Below, in pieces: positions 7,720-16,082 of a DNA stretch of 37,016 bases. How positions within the stretch are numbered: position 1 is the first letter of the stretch; every line of letters starts with the position of its first letter. The stretch comes from Thermodesulfobacteriota bacterium. GTDB taxonomy: Bacteria; Desulfobacterota; Desulfobulbia; Desulfobulbales; SURF-16. Under the pieces are notes generated by a model, which saw nothing but the letters and a program-made list of their open reading frames with translations, was not told where the DNA came from and did no database searches. Position numbers and translations under genes: made by a program. The stretch covers positions 1 to 37,016 of the forward strand of contig JBDLIE010000027.1 of assembly GCA_039715015.1 (NCBI GenBank), read 5' to 3'.

Positions 7720-9437
7720 TGCCCTGTCTCTATAGGAAAGAAACAAAACCTTTATTAACGGTCTGCCTGGCCCTGCTCTTCATGGTTTTGGGCCCTGCCG
7801 GCACCTTGGCTGCGGCGGCTGATCTGGCGGATAAGCGCTATAACCAGGCGGCCTCCTATTACAACAACAGCTGCGGTTTTTCTATTAAGGAGTTGAGCCG
7901 CAGCCAGTGGCAGGAATGCCTGCGCCTCTTTGCAAAGGCCCACGACAGTAATCCAAAGGATCAGGAGGTTGCCCCTAAGGCCCTCTTTATGATGGCCAAG
8001 ATCTACGGCAAATCTTACGAGCAGTTCGGTATGCGCGAGGATCTCAAGGCCTCGGCTGCCTATTATGAGAAACTGTCCCTCCTCTTTCCAAACCACTCCC
8101 TGGCAGATGACGCCTTGGTGGCCCTTGGCAAGATCGTCCTGAACAATAAGGGCAACAAAGATGTGGTGAACAAGGAGCGCCTGCTGGCCAAGGCCCTGGC
8201 CGCCTATGGGGGGCCGGATGAGGGCATGGGGCATACGGCTGGCCTTCTCCTCAAGCGCCTCCAGGAACATTCCCAACAGCGCAGCGGCGACAAACCCCCG
8301 AGCAAAGAGACCCTTGTCACCTCCATCCGGCCTGCTTCCCACGCCGCCCATATCACCAGGCCGATCCGTTTCTGGTCCAACAAAAACTATACCCGGGTGG
8401 TTATCGAGGCCTCGGCCCCGGTGCGCTTTAAGGAACATGTCCTCAAGGCCGAGGGTAAACTGCCGTCGCGTCTCTATGTGGATCTCTTTGACTGTCGCAT
8501 CCCCTCCACCTATCAGAATCCGATAACCATCCAGGATGGCCTTCTCAAGCGCTCCCGGGCCGCCCAGTTCGATCCCTCCACAGCCAGGGTGGTCATTGAT
8601 CTGGAGACCTTTTCCCAGTACAAGATTTTTAGTCTCCATGAGCCCTTCCGGGTGGTCATTGATATCACTGGCACCAAGAAGAAATTGTTGGTGCCGCTTA
8701 AACCCCTTAAGCCTCGTAAGTCATGGGACAAGAATAAAGAGTTCACCCTGGCCGAACAGCTTGGCCTGGGGGTGAAGACCATTGTTATTGATGCTGGTCA
8801 CGGCGGCAAGGACCCTGGCGCTATTGGCCGCAAGGGCCTGCGCGAAAAGGATGTGGTCTTGAAGGTGGCGCTCAAAACACGCGATGCCCTGCGTAAAAAA
8901 GGCTATAAGGTTATTCTGACCAGAAGTTCCGACAAATTTTTGCCCCTGGAGGAGCGCACCGCCATTGCTAACACCAAGAACGCCGACCTTTTTCTCTCCA
9001 TCCATGCCAACTCCGCCCCCAACAGGCGGGCCCGGGGCTTGGAGACCTATTACCTAAGTCTGGCCACCACCAAGGAGGAGAAACAGGCGGCAGCCCTGGA
9101 AAATGCCGTTTCCTCAAAACAGCTCTCCGAGCTGCAGTCCATCCTCTCAGATATTATGAAGAGTTCCAAGATCGATGAGTCGCGGAAATTTGCCGGCACC
9201 GTGCAACGTTCCTTGGCCTCTGGAATGAAAAAGCGCTATGGTAACGTCAAAAATCTTGGCGTTAAAAAGGCGCCGTTTTTTGTCCTCATCGGTGCCCAGA
9301 TGCCTTCGGTGCTTGCGGAAATCGCCTTTCTCTCCAACAAGGAGGAGGAAAAAAGGTTACGTAGCGATGCCTATCTAGCGGCGCTTGCCTCCGAGCTTGC
9401 CAATGGCGTGGAGATGTATAGCCGCTCCTTGCAGTAG
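7716..9437 (+). CDS. N-acetylmuramoyl-L-alanine amidase (signal peptide, TPR-like region, AMIN domain, Amidase_3)
   Basis: IDAGHGGKDPGA, SIHANS and PSVLAEIAF motifs; YTRVVI and RVVIDL AMIN-like strands. Confidence 0.93.
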   Translation: MMPCLYRKETKPLLTVCLALLFMVLGPAGTLAAAADLADKRYNQAASYYNNSCGFSIKELSRSQWQECLRLFAKAHDSNPKDQEVAPKALFMMAKIYGKSYEQFGMREDLKASAAYYEKLSLLFPNHSLADDALVALGKIVLNNKGNKDVVNKERLLAKALAAYGGPDEGMGHTAGLLLKRLQEHSQQRSGDKPPSKETLVTSIRPASHAAHITRPIRFWSNKNYTRVVIEASAPVRFKEHVLKAEGKLPSRLYVDLFDCRIPSTYQNPITIQDGLLKRSRAAQFDPSTARVVIDLETFSQYKIFSLHEPFRVVIDITGTKKKLLVPLKPLKPRKSWDKNKEFTLAEQLGLGVKTIVIDAGHGGKDPGAIGRKGLREKDVVLKVALKTRDALRKKGYKVILTRSSDKFLPLEERTAIANTKNADLFLSIHANSAPNRRARGLETYYLSLATTKEEKQAAALENAVSSKQLSELQSILSDIMKSSKIDESRKFAGTVQRSLASGMKKRYGNVKNLGVKKAPFFVLIGAQMPSVLAEIAFLSNKEEEKRLRSDAYLAALASELANGVEMYSRSLQ

Positions 9438-9444
9438 TTGTTTT

Positions 9445-9492
9445 CACCCTTCGACAAGCTCAGAGGCCGGTCCCTGAGCTTGTCGAAGGGTG
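9445..9492. repeat. CCTTCG-family palindromic hairpin repeat
   Basis: CACCCTTCGACAAGCTCAG / CTGAGCTTGTCGAAGGGTG, perfect 19-bp arms. Confidence 0.85.
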
Positions 9493-9556
9493 CTGTTTGT
9501 ATACAGAGAGTCTCTGCCCTTTGCTTTAAAATTTAATCAGCGCAGGAACGAAATAG

Positions 9557-9955
9557 ATGAAAATACTTTTTGCTGAGGATGATTTTGTCTCCCGCAAGAT
9601 CCTTAATAAGTATCTTTCCGTTCTCGGTGAGGTGGATATTGCCAGTAACGGTAAAGAGGCCATTACCGCCGTCAAGATGGCCCTGGATGAACATGAGCCC
9701 TATGAGCTGATCTGCCTGGATGTGATGATGAAGGAGGTGGACGGCATCAGAGCCTTGCAGGGCATCCGCCGCCTTGAGGAGCAGGAAGGTGTCAAAGAGG
9801 AAAACAGGGCAAAGATTGTAATGGCATCAGGTGTCTCGGACAAGAAAATGGTGGTGGCGGCAGCAAAGGCCGGCTGTGATGCTTACCTGATCAAACCGAT
9901 CACCAAACCTCGCCTCTTTGAGGAGTTGAGCACGATTGGCATAGAGACACCATAA
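9557..9955 (+). CDS. Single-domain response regulator (CheY-like)
   Basis: ILFAEDD, LDVMM and YLIKP receiver motifs. Confidence 0.92.
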   Translation: MKILFAEDDFVSRKILNKYLSVLGEVDIASNGKEAITAVKMALDEHEPYELICLDVMMKEVDGIRALQGIRRLEEQEGVKEENRAKIVMASGVSDKKMVVAAAKAGCDAYLIKPITKPRLFEELSTIGIETP

Positions 9956-10011
9956 CAAGGCGGCAAGAAAAAATGGGGGGGGTGGCTTGCAAGAGGTCCC
10001 TGCAAGAAGAT

Positions 10012-10045
10012 GGGGGTGCAGGGTGGTAGCTGTATCCCCTTTTTT
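10012..10045 (+). terminator. Possible intrinsic terminator
   Basis: GGGGGTGCAG/CTGTATCCCC stem with G-U pairs followed by a T run, between convergent genes. Confidence 0.4.
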
Positions 10046-10101
10046 GTTTGAACAGCATTGAGCTCCTACGGTGTTGTGTGCAGTTCGATGGTGTCCAGAT
10101 T

Positions 10102-10836
10102 TTACGGCAGCTCAAAATCGCAGACCAGGGGGGCGTGGTCGGAGAGGTGGACATCGGGGATATGGAAATTTGTGGCGCGAATCTCCGGGCTATGGAGGAT
10201 GAAGTCGAGCTGGCGGTGCGGCGCTTTGCTGGGATGGGAGGGGCTCTCATCCTCATTGGCGCTTTTTAAACCGGTGGCGCCTAAGAAAAGGTTGAGTTCC
10301 CGGGAACCCCAGAAGCAGTTGAAGTCACCGGCAACAATCACCGGCTTTTTTACCTTTTTGATCAGGCCATACAGATCTTCAAGCTGATGCTGCCTATAGC
10401 GGTACTTGAGAGACAGATGGACCAGGAAGATGGTGACCTGAGGCAGCTCTGCCTCAATGACCAGCCGTTTGACGCCCTCATGAAAATAATGGAAGTGATG
10501 GCTGATAAAATGCTGGCGGCTGATCAGGGCATTACCTTGATTTCTGAGAATGGGGGCTTTGGCGGCCAGGGAGCCATTACCGTATTTTGGCTCCACCAGA
10601 TGGGCATGGTCCAGGGCTTCGGCAATTGCAGCGGCCTGACAGGCAGCCTTCATCCGGAAGGAACCGCAGTCCACCTCCACCAGGCCGGTAATATCCGGCG
10701 CCACTGATTTGATGAATTCAGTGATGGCCTGCAGGTTGTCCCTGGATGATTTCAGCATGCCGGAAAAGGGCAGTGGCAGGTGAAAGCGGGCACCGCTGCC
10801 GGTGGCATAACGTATATTATAGAGTAGAAATCGCAT
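10102..10836 (-). CDS. Endonuclease/exonuclease/phosphatase (EEP) family protein
   Basis: LYNI, GLVEVD, VAGDFN, LDFIL and SDHAP motifs. Confidence 0.92.
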   Translation of the reverse strand: MRFLLYNIRYATGSGARFHLPLPFSGMLKSSRDNLQAITEFIKSVAPDITGLVEVDCGSFRMKAACQAAAIAEALDHAHLVEPKYGNGSLAAKAPILRNQGNALISRQHFISHHFHYFHEGVKRLVIEAELPQVTIFLVHLSLKYRYRQHQLEDLYGLIKKVKKPVIVAGDFNCFWGSRELNLFLGATGLKSANEDESPSHPSKAPHRQLDFILHSPEIRATNFHIPDVHLSDHAPLVCDFELP

Positions 10837-10960
10837 GAATCAGTTGACTGGTGTGGATAAATTTTGTGCCATAATAATTGTAGGTGATCTAGGCACCGAT
10901 GTCACTTAAGGAGCAGGATTCGCCACCAGTTTTTTGAATCTAAGAGGCAGCTGGCTTATT

Positions 10961-11347
10961 TTAAAGAGAAAATTTGCTGGTGGGCGCGATGACCATCCCC
11001 TTTAAAACCTGGTCCTTGACCTCTTCTTCTTTACTCTCCGAGGTGTCGGCCGCTTCCCCAGCCGCCCTGAATCCAAAGGTACAGATTTCACAACAGCTAA
11101 TTGGTTCCATATAATGCATAAAAGTCAAGAGGAGAGAAACAGATCCGAGTGGCATAATGAGAAAAACTGGCCCGGCCCGGCCTGGATGGCTTTTTATGCC
11201 AGCAGGTATGACAACCGGACCTGGCTGCCCAAAAAAAAATTCCTGGATGGGCTGGACTCTTAATTTGGGCAAAAAGGCGGGGCTGGCTTGGCTGGCAGTG
11301 GTGATTACGGTTCTTTTTGTTATTTCTTGTGGCTCAGGCCTGTTCAT
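10961..11347 (-). CDS. Hypothetical protein (doubtful)
   Basis: Longest ORF in the gap, with a weak AGGT RBS and no recognisable motif. Confidence 0.25.
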   Translation of the reverse strand: MNRPEPQEITKRTVITTASQASPAFLPKLRVQPIQEFFFGQPGPVVIPAGIKSHPGRAGPVFLIMPLGSVSLLLTFMHYMEPISCCEICTFGFRAAGEAADTSESKEEEVKDQVLKGMVIAPTSKFSL

Positions 11348-11482
11348 TTACCTATTATGCCCTGAATCCCTTCGCCCCTTTTAATTTTTTAAAAAGATCT
11401 ACACCAACAATGCCCAAGGGCCGCCTCTTTCTTGACAAACTTGATGCCCACCTGGCAGCTCTCTAAATGATTAGGAGAAAAA

Positions 11483-11902
11483 GTGAAAAAAATTTCAACA
11501 TCAATCGGCCTCTTCTTCCTTTTTTGCATGTTGGCCTTTCCTGCCGCCCTTTATGCCGAGTTTGTCTGGGTAGACCATAACGGCAACACCCGTCATACCA
11601 AATTCGCCCCCCAGCCTCATCAGGTGCGAAAATATATTGCCAATGGCCAGAAACAGCAGAAAAAAAGGGCAAAGGTAGAGCTCTTTGTGACCAGCTGGTG
11701 CCCATACTGCCATAAGGCAAAGGCCTTTTTTGAGAAGCGCAATATTGCCGTTAAGGTCTACGATATTGAAAAAAACAAAAAGGCGGCGGCCCGCAAGCGC
11801 AAGCTTGACCCGCAAAGAGGAGTGCCTTTCGCCGTTGTCAACGGTAAGGGCATCCATGGCTATGCCCCGGAGCAGTATCTGCGGGCCTTGAAAAACAAAT
11901 GA
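11483..11902 (+). CDS. Exported glutaredoxin-like protein with a DUF4124-like N-terminus
   Basis: Signal peptide, WVDHNGN, WCPYC, and RGVP cis-Pro motif. Confidence 0.88.
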   Translation: MKKISTSIGLFFLFCMLAFPAALYAEFVWVDHNGNTRHTKFAPQPHQVRKYIANGQKQQKKRAKVELFVTSWCPYCHKAKAFFEKRNIAVKVYDIEKNKKAAARKRKLDPQRGVPFAVVNGKGIHGYAPEQYLRALKNK

Positions 11903-13011
11903 GCATGGAAGAGATGGCAGCCAGGGAACCTGGCCAGCAGAGGGTCTGGCTCCGGCAGCTGCTGGCCGAGCATCAGCAGATCTGTTGGCTCCATGGCCTG
12001 GATCTCAGGGCGCCGGTTTTTGAAATTAATGAAAATGGCAGCCGTGCCGGTTCCTGGTCACCTGGTCATTCCAGTCTCAAGATTGCTGCCTGGTTGATAA
12101 AGGAGCATAGCTGGGATGTGGTCCTTGAGGTCCTCAAGCATGAGATGGCCCACCAGTATGTCCATGAGGTGTTGCGGCGTAGTGGCGAAAGGCCGCATGG
12201 CGCCGCATTTCAGGAGGCATGTCAGCGGCTGGGAGTGCATCCCCGATTTTGCCGGGCCACCAGCCGGATTCCCCGTCTCATAAGCAGTGCCAAGCGCCCG
12301 CCAAGGGCCATTTTGGCCCGGGTGGAAAAACTGCTGTCCCTGGCCCAGAGCGCCAATGAACATGAGGCGGCCCTGGCCATGGAAAAGGCCAACGTCCTGC
12401 TGCGCAGGCATAATATCAGCAGGCTTGAGCAGGGCAGCGCCGCCGAGTATGACTATCTGATTATCAATGGGGGCAAGAAGCGGATCTCGGCAGTGCAGAG
12501 GACCATTGCTGCCATCCTCAAGGATTTTTTCTATGTAAAGGTCGTAATAGGCCGGCAGTTTGATGCTGCCTGCGGAGAAACCTTCCGGGTCCTGGAGCTC
12601 ATCGGCACGGAGGAAAACCTGGCAGTGGCCGACCATGTTTATTTCTTTTTGACCAATCGGCTGGAGGCCCTGTGGCAAGAATACCGCGCCGCAAAAAATG
12701 CCGCTGGCAGGGAAAAAAGGTCCTATCAGTTGGGGGTGCTCACAGGTTTTCAGGGTCGCCTTCGCAGTCAGGAAGAAGAAATTGTGGCCACTGAAAGGTC
12801 GCTATCAAGTGCTTTGATCTGCAGCCAGGACCACGGCCTTGTCAGCTATTATCACAGTCGTCATCCCCGCCTTAGAAAGGTCAGGCACCGAGGGGCAAAG
12901 GTCTATAGTAATTCCTATAAGGCCGGGGAAGAGGAGGGGAAAAACCTTGTCATCCATAAGGCCGTTCAGTCACAAGGCGTCGGAAGGGCAGCCTTTTTGC
13001 CAATGCCCTGA
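11899..13011 (+). CDS. SprT-like zinc metalloprotease with a DUF2786-like domain
   Basis: LKHEMAHQ (HExxH), PHGAAF, and VEKLLSLAQSANEHEAALAMEKA. Confidence 0.85.
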   Translation: MSMEEMAAREPGQQRVWLRQLLAEHQQICWLHGLDLRAPVFEINENGSRAGSWSPGHSSLKIAAWLIKEHSWDVVLEVLKHEMAHQYVHEVLRRSGERPHGAAFQEACQRLGVHPRFCRATSRIPRLISSAKRPPRAILARVEKLLSLAQSANEHEAALAMEKANVLLRRHNISRLEQGSAAEYDYLIINGGKKRISAVQRTIAAILKDFFYVKVVIGRQFDAACGETFRVLELIGTEENLAVADHVYFFLTNRLEALWQEYRAAKNAAGREKRSYQLGVLTGFQGRLRSQEEEIVATERSLSSALICSQDHGLVSYYHSRHPRLRKVRHRGAKVYSNSYKAGEEEGKNLVIHKAVQSQGVGRAAFLPMP

Positions 13012-13145
13012 AATATGGTGATGGCCCAAAACCATGGCCATGGTAAGTAAGAAGAGGTCGACCTGGCGCTGAAAATATGACACAGTAAAATGCCAGATGA
13101 AGGGATATATTTAAGGCACGCCTCGTGCCATTTCTTGGATTGAAG

Positions 13146-13886
13146 ATGGGAAAGATAGATATTCGTTATTGCTTCACGCTTAATCAGGACCACAGAGAGA
13201 TTATTGATCTGCGGATCGATGACAGCACCCTGGAAAATGTTAATCAACCAGCTGCCGATCTTCCAGGGTGGGCCAATCTCGATTTTTGTCAATGTTGCCA
13301 TTGCCCTCTTGATCCAGCTATCCACCCCTATTGCCCCGTGGCAACCAGTCTGGTTGGCGTTGCCAGCCGATTTGAGGAGATTGTTTCCTACGATGAGGTG
13401 AGGGTGACTATTACCACGAAGGAGAGGAAGGTGGGCCACCGGACCACAGCCCAGCGCGCCATCAGTTCCCTGCTCGGCCTTATCTTTGCCACCAGCGGTT
13501 GCCCCCATACCCAGTTTTTTAAACCCATGGCCTGCTTTCACCTGCCACTGGCCACGGAAAGAGACACCATTTTCCGGGTGGCCGGCATGTATCTTTTGGG
13601 CCAGTATTTTCGCCGCACTGAGGGGAAAAGTGAAGACCTGGAGTTCTCCGGACTCAGCAAGATTTATGACAATGTCCATGAGGTAAATATGGGCGTTGCA
13701 GACAGGTTGCGGAGCGCCCTAAACTCGGACTCGTCAGTAAACGCGATCATCTCCCTTGATATGTTTACCAAGGCCCTGCCCTTTGTCATTGAGGACAAGC
13801 TTCTGGACCTCCGCTACATCTTTAATTCTTATTTTTCAGATGAGTTTGAAGAGATTCTTGAGTCATTGCCTTCGGACGTGAAGTGA
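13146..13886 (+). CDS. Conserved hypothetical protein (DUF6901-like), Cys-rich
   Basis: CQCCHCPL...CPVA, ATSGCP and PMACFHLP; ATG at 13146 preferred over the upstream GTG. Confidence 0.8.
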   Translation: MGKIDIRYCFTLNQDHREIIDLRIDDSTLENVNQPAADLPGWANLDFCQCCHCPLDPAIHPYCPVATSLVGVASRFEEIVSYDEVRVTITTKERKVGHRTTAQRAISSLLGLIFATSGCPHTQFFKPMACFHLPLATERDTIFRVAGMYLLGQYFRRTEGKSEDLEFSGLSKIYDNVHEVNMGVADRLRSALNSDSSVNAIISLDMFTKALPFVIEDKLLDLRYIFNSYFSDEFEEILESLPSDVK

Positions 13887-13938
13887 TGTTCTAGGCCAGT
13901 TGATGACTATTTAAGTCCACGGATAATTTGCGATAAAT

Positions 13939-13982
13939 AAAAAAGGCGGCTGGAAAGAAACTCTTTCCAGCCGCCTTTTTTT
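13939..13982. terminator. Bidirectional intrinsic terminator
   Basis: A6-GGCGGCTGGAAAGA/TCTTTCCAGCCGCC-T7 between convergent genes. Confidence 0.9.
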
Positions 13983-13989
13983 AATCTTT

Positions 13990-14019
13990 TCTCCCGAACC
14001 GGGAGATGTTTTAGCGTCA
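13990..14019 (-). promoter_or_regulatory. Candidate bacterial SECIS element
   Basis: TGA (14019-14017), 10-nt spacer, then 7-bp stem TCTCCCG/CGGGAGA with a GTT loop; separate from the terminator. Confidence 0.6.
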
Positions 14020-14415
14020 ACAGTTATCGTTTATGTCCTGACTGTTTTTGGCCCAGCGAAAGAGATAGTCGTTGACCATGAGTTGCTGATCCATGGTCAT
14101 GCTCTGCCAGGAGCCATCTTTGGCGCATTGCGGATATTTTTTAGTGAATACCCGGTTCCAGGCCTTGGAGGTTTTTGACTCTACCCAGAGAAAGGGGGCG
14201 CCTTTGTCGTTGCCCCGTTTATGACAGCTCTGGCAGACGCTCTTGAATGTTTTGCCTCCCTGGCCCCAGGCGCTGCTCTCCCATGCAAGGGGACCATCGC
14301 CGATTATTCGACAGGTCTTGGTGGTCTCATCAAAACGGGTTTCGGGACGGGCATGGGCCTGAACGGCCATCCCAACTAACAACAAAACAACCAGTGCAAT
14401 CGCTCCCTGCTTCAT
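14011..14415 (-). CDS. Exported monoheme cytochrome c, candidate selenoprotein ending Cys-Sec-Arg (ends at 14017 if TGA is a stop)
   Basis: GAGGAGG RBS, signal peptide (AHA|RP), one CQSCH heme motif, and 3' end TGT TGA CGC TAA. Confidence 0.85.
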
Positions 14416-14481
14416 AACCACCTCCTCTATTACCGTTGATATGGACGTAGCCCTTGGCCCCAGAACAACGGCAAAAAAATA

Positions 14482-14555
14482 ATTGTACTAATCAGTACAA
14501 TACTGATAACCTCCCTGCTGAGGGAGTCAAGTTGTTTTGTAACGACCAGTAAGAA
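14482..14555. promoter_or_regulatory. Putative TetR operator(s) in the divergent promoter region
   Basis: Palindrome ATTGTACT-AATC-AGTACAAT (14482-14501) and a degenerate copy TTGTAACGACCAGTAAGAA (about 14537-14555). Confidence 0.65.
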
Positions 14556-14574
14556 ATGCGGCTTGGGTGTAACC

Positions 14575-15159
14575 ATGGGCAGGAAAAAAAAGTTTGACGA
14601 GGCCACGGCCTTGGCTGCGGCCATGCACCTTTTCTGGGAGAAGGGCTATGCCGCCACCTCCCTCCAGGACCTGGAAGAGGCCACCGGCCTGAAGCGCACC
14701 AGCATCTACAACACCTTTGGCAATAAGCGCACTATTTTTCAAAAAACATTGCTTCTGTATCGCCTCCAGGTGGAAGAGCTGCTGGCCGCTATCATGAAAG
14801 AGGAGGCAACCTGTAGGAAAGCCTTGGCCCGCTGGTTAAGGGCAATCATCGATATGCACTTTAGCAAAGACACCCCTGGTGGTTGCCTGATGATTCTCTC
14901 CGTTCTAGAAGGGAGCCAGCATGATCAGGAGACCAAAGAAATGGCAGCTGTTCTCTTTCGCAAGGAAAGGGACATGGTTGCCGCACGGTTGGAACAGGGG
15001 GTGCGGGACGGAGAGCTTCCTCAGGATTTTGACAGCGATGCGGTGGCCGGTGCCATTTCCGCTGCCTCCTCAGGCCTTATGGTGTTGGCCATGGCTGACT
15101 ATCCAAGAAAAGCCCTGGAAGAGATCGGCCACGCCACCCTTGGCCTTCTTGGGGATTGA
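14575..15159 (+). CDS. TetR/AcrR-family regulator (ComR/NemR-like subgroup)
   Basis: GRKKKFD...FWEKGYAATS...SIYNTFGNK HTH; GGCL motif. Confidence 0.92.
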   Translation: MGRKKKFDEATALAAAMHLFWEKGYAATSLQDLEEATGLKRTSIYNTFGNKRTIFQKTLLLYRLQVEELLAAIMKEEATCRKALARWLRAIIDMHFSKDTPGGCLMILSVLEGSQHDQETKEMAAVLFRKERDMVAARLEQGVRDGELPQDFDSDAVAGAISAASSGLMVLAMADYPRKALEEIGHATLGLLGD

Positions 15160-15237
15160 CCCTTTAACAAGCTCAGGGACCGCGTCAAGAAGTTCAAAAT
15201 TCGTACCCTGAGCCTGTCGGAGGGTGCTCTCAGGGCT
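15159..15237. repeat. CCTTCG-family hairpin repeat (degenerate)
   Basis: CCCTTTAACAAGCTCAGGGAC...GTACCCTGAGCCTGTCGGAGGG followed by TGCTC..CAGGGCTG, as at 29931-30007. Confidence 0.75.
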
Positions 15238-15408
15238 GAGGGTGGGAAACCATAACAGGCCTGGGTTGTGAATACGATGGCGAATTTTTTTCACCGCCTG
15301 GCCGCGAATAGAATATAGTGATCTCCAGATCTGAAAGCCCGGGCCATGCAGAGCATGGTCTGCGATCGGATTTCCGCCATCTTCAACATTCAACAGTGGA
15401 GTCAGTTC

Positions 15409-15858
15409 ATGTCTTTGTCACCGCAGCTTATTTGGTTTCTTGTCGGCGTCGCCTTTCTGGTGGGGGAATTGGCCCTGCCCGGTTTCATCCTCATATTTTT
15501 TACCGCCGGCAGTTGGATTACTGCCATCGTCACCTGGAGTATGGATATCAGCGTCACGGCCCAGGTGACCGTCTTTGTGCTCAACTCGCTGATTTTACTC
15601 TTTGCCCTCCGCAAATACAGCATCACGACCTTTAAAGGGCAGACCCGCGATGATGTTGATGACAGTTATATGGATTCGAAAATCGGCAAGACCGCTCAGG
15701 TCACCAAGGCCATCAGCCCTCATGTGCCTGGAGAGGTCAAGGTAATGGGCAGCTTCTGGCGGGCCGTTGCTGACGGGGATATTGAAGAGGGCAGCTCCGT
15801 TATCATTGAAAGCCAGGCCTCGGAAGATGGCCTGTCCCTTAAGGTAAAAGCTCTATAA
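15409..15858 (+). CDS. NfeD-family membrane protein
   Basis: Hydrophobic N-terminus (GELALPGF) and OB-fold GEVKVMGSFWRA; upstream of an SPFH gene. Confidence 0.9.
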   Translation: MSLSPQLIWFLVGVAFLVGELALPGFILIFFTAGSWITAIVTWSMDISVTAQVTVFVLNSLILLFALRKYSITTFKGQTRDDVDDSYMDSKIGKTAQVTKAISPHVPGEVKVMGSFWRAVADGDIEEGSSVIIESQASEDGLSLKVKAL

Positions 15859-15864
15859 AAAATC

Positions 15865-16053
15865 TGATTACCATCGAACTTCAGCCCTTTTTAAAGGGCA
15901 GTGCCGTAGGAGTTCACCCCTGTGAGCGATAAGAGGTGGCTTTGGGCAAGAGAGCGCCTGCTTATCGCCAGGAGGGCCTGGCTCCTACAGATCAAGACCG
16001 ACGCGACCAGGTATTATGGCGAGCAATGATTGGCTGAAGATGAGTGGTAATCA
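15865..16053. mobile_element. MITE-like element with 22-bp imperfect TIRs and an internal GTAG REP doublet
   Basis: TGATTACCATCGAACTTCAGCC ... GGCTGAAGATGAGTGGTAATCA; GTAGGAG..CTCCTAC at 15906-15988; second copy at 19518-19738. Confidence 0.75.
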
Positions 16054-16082
16054 CAAATAAAAAAAGTGTTAAGGAGAGAAAA

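Noticed and set aside
6733..8639. Long antisense ORFs opposite mutS and the amidase (likewise 515..1225, 31678..32619, 34237..35352)
   Set aside because: Shadow frames of GC3-rich genes with no recognisable motifs.
13114..13130. GGCACG-CCT-CGTGCC palindrome with GG-N10-GC spacing
   Set aside because: The better sigma54 match points to the strand with no gene. It cannot be told apart from a small hairpin or operator.
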